From contig JAAXXZ010000001.1 of assembly GCA_013334245.1 (NCBI GenBank), positions 54,675-118,674 of the forward strand: a DNA stretch of 64,000 bases, read 5' to 3'. A program made the translations under genes and the position numbers. Below, piece after piece: positions 63,469 to 64,000 of the stretch. The notes beneath the pieces were generated by a model. The model saw nothing but the letters and a program-made list of their open reading frames with translations. It made no database searches and was not told the DNA's origin. Source of the stretch: Candidatus Moraniibacteriota bacterium (lineage in GTDB: Bacteria; Patescibacteriota; Minisyncoccia; Moranbacterales; UBA1568). Position 1 is the first letter of the stretch, and each line of letters begins with the position of its first letter.

Positions 63469-64000
63469 ATGACACACACCAACTTCACGGACGGTTCCCT
63501 GCAACGACTCCGACGGATATCCTGGGAGGAGGTTATGTCGATCTGGAAAGACGGAGAGGCATGGCAAGATTCGTGGAAACAGCATTGGGAAGAGCGGGGT
63601 TTCGGATCCTGGGAAGACTGGAGAATGCACTATCTTCAGCCATATCATCCCGAAACATTGGAATGGTCCCTCTATCGCATAACCGACCCCCTCGCGACCG
63701 TCCCCGACTTCTTCGGGGCGCCGTCGCGAAACTGGATAGAAAAGGCATACGGCGGAGAGATGACAAAACGACTCCGCGATGTCGTTCAGCTTCCGTTTGT
63801 CACCGAGAACGCGAAAATCAATGCCGTTCGCGGGCATTTCCCCAATAAGGTCATGCTGGTCGCATTCCTTCACGAGAAGCGGATAATTCTCATCGAGGGA
63901 ATGCACCGCTCATGTGCGATGGCAACGTGGGACCCTGCCGTGCCGTTTCAAAGCGAAGTGACCATCGCCATCGCTCGGTGGGAAGGATCAGAACTCCTCA
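63469..64000 (+). CDS. hypothetical Trp-rich protein, N-terminal part (continues past window end)
   Basis: Open frame from ATG 63469 to the window end, not in the track because it has no stop. MTHTNFTDGSLQRLRRISWEEVMSIWKDGEAWQDSWKQHWEERGFGSWEDWRMHY has W-x2-3-W periodicity. Confidence 0.4.
   Translation, partial: MTHTNFTDGSLQRLRRISWEEVMSIWKDGEAWQDSWKQHWEERGFGSWEDWRMHYLQPYHPETLEWSLYRITDPLATVPDFFGAPSRNWIEKAYGGEMTKRLRDVVQLPFVTENAKINAVRGHFPNKVMLVAFLHEKRIILIEGMHRSCAMATWDPAVPFQSEVTIAIARWEGSELL

Noticed and set aside
62788-63906. 372-aa minus-strand ORF
   Set aside because: Antisense to two co-oriented plus-strand ORFs with more protein-like composition, including a TM helix and K/E-rich domain. 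Long antisense ORFs are common in GC-rich DNA. Confidence in either call is only moderate.

Overview
The window is a 64 kb bacterial chromosomal segment with about 57% GC and most genes on the minus strand. It is dominated by housekeeping genes. These include rseP (partial), frr, and the aminoacyl-tRNA synthetases serS, lysS, aspS, pheST and tyrS. They also include greA, the mreBCD-mrdA rod-shape operon, secDF, dnaX, idi, a malic enzyme, htrA, a parvulin PPIase and an ABC-F ATPase. A cell-envelope polysaccharide cluster carries two GT4 glycosyltransferases, a WbaP-like sugar transferase, a Wzz-like protein, queH and a YvlD holin-like protein. A two-component pair is present, with a tandem-REC response regulator that has no output domain. 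RNA genes are tRNA-Lys(UUU), tRNA-Val(CAC), tRNA-Gln(UUG), and an RNase P RNA (rnpB) on the minus strand in a 555 bp gap, under spurious ORF-track ORFs. Gene content (a four-helix-bundle gene inserted between pheS and pheT, a HARE-HTH protein, a soluble VirD4/HerA-like ATPase) and the compact layout suggest a small-genome lineage, possibly CPR/Patescibacteria; this is inference only.

The most unusual structure is at two tRNA loci. Both tRNA-Lys and tRNA-Gln are flanked by degenerate, repeated copies of their own 3' halves. These copies carry a conserved palindrome TCCGCC-N4-GGCGGA. At tRNA-Lys they bracket a 1.3 kb AT-rich islet of about 38% GC. The islet holds a GIY-YIG nuclease gene sitting exactly in a disrupted tRNA copy, and a small IR-flanked cassette encoding a YdeN/RBBP9-type hydrolase. 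At tRNA-Gln they form four inverted, MITE-like tandem units of about 150 bp. No recombinase or transposase is visible in the window.

Other notable items are listed here. SecD has an embedded parvulin domain. A soluble VirD4/HerA-like ATPase has a C-terminal zinc ribbon and is translationally coupled to a membrane partner. An orphan PRTase-like protein sits behind a 660 bp noncoding region with three tandem terminator-like hairpins. Two families of short dispersed intergenic repeats occur throughout the window.

Coding start coordinates were set by codon arithmetic from the ORF track; several track ORFs begin at TTG or GTG and were trimmed to the first conserved ATG. Repeat and RNA coordinates are read by eye and may be off by a few bases.
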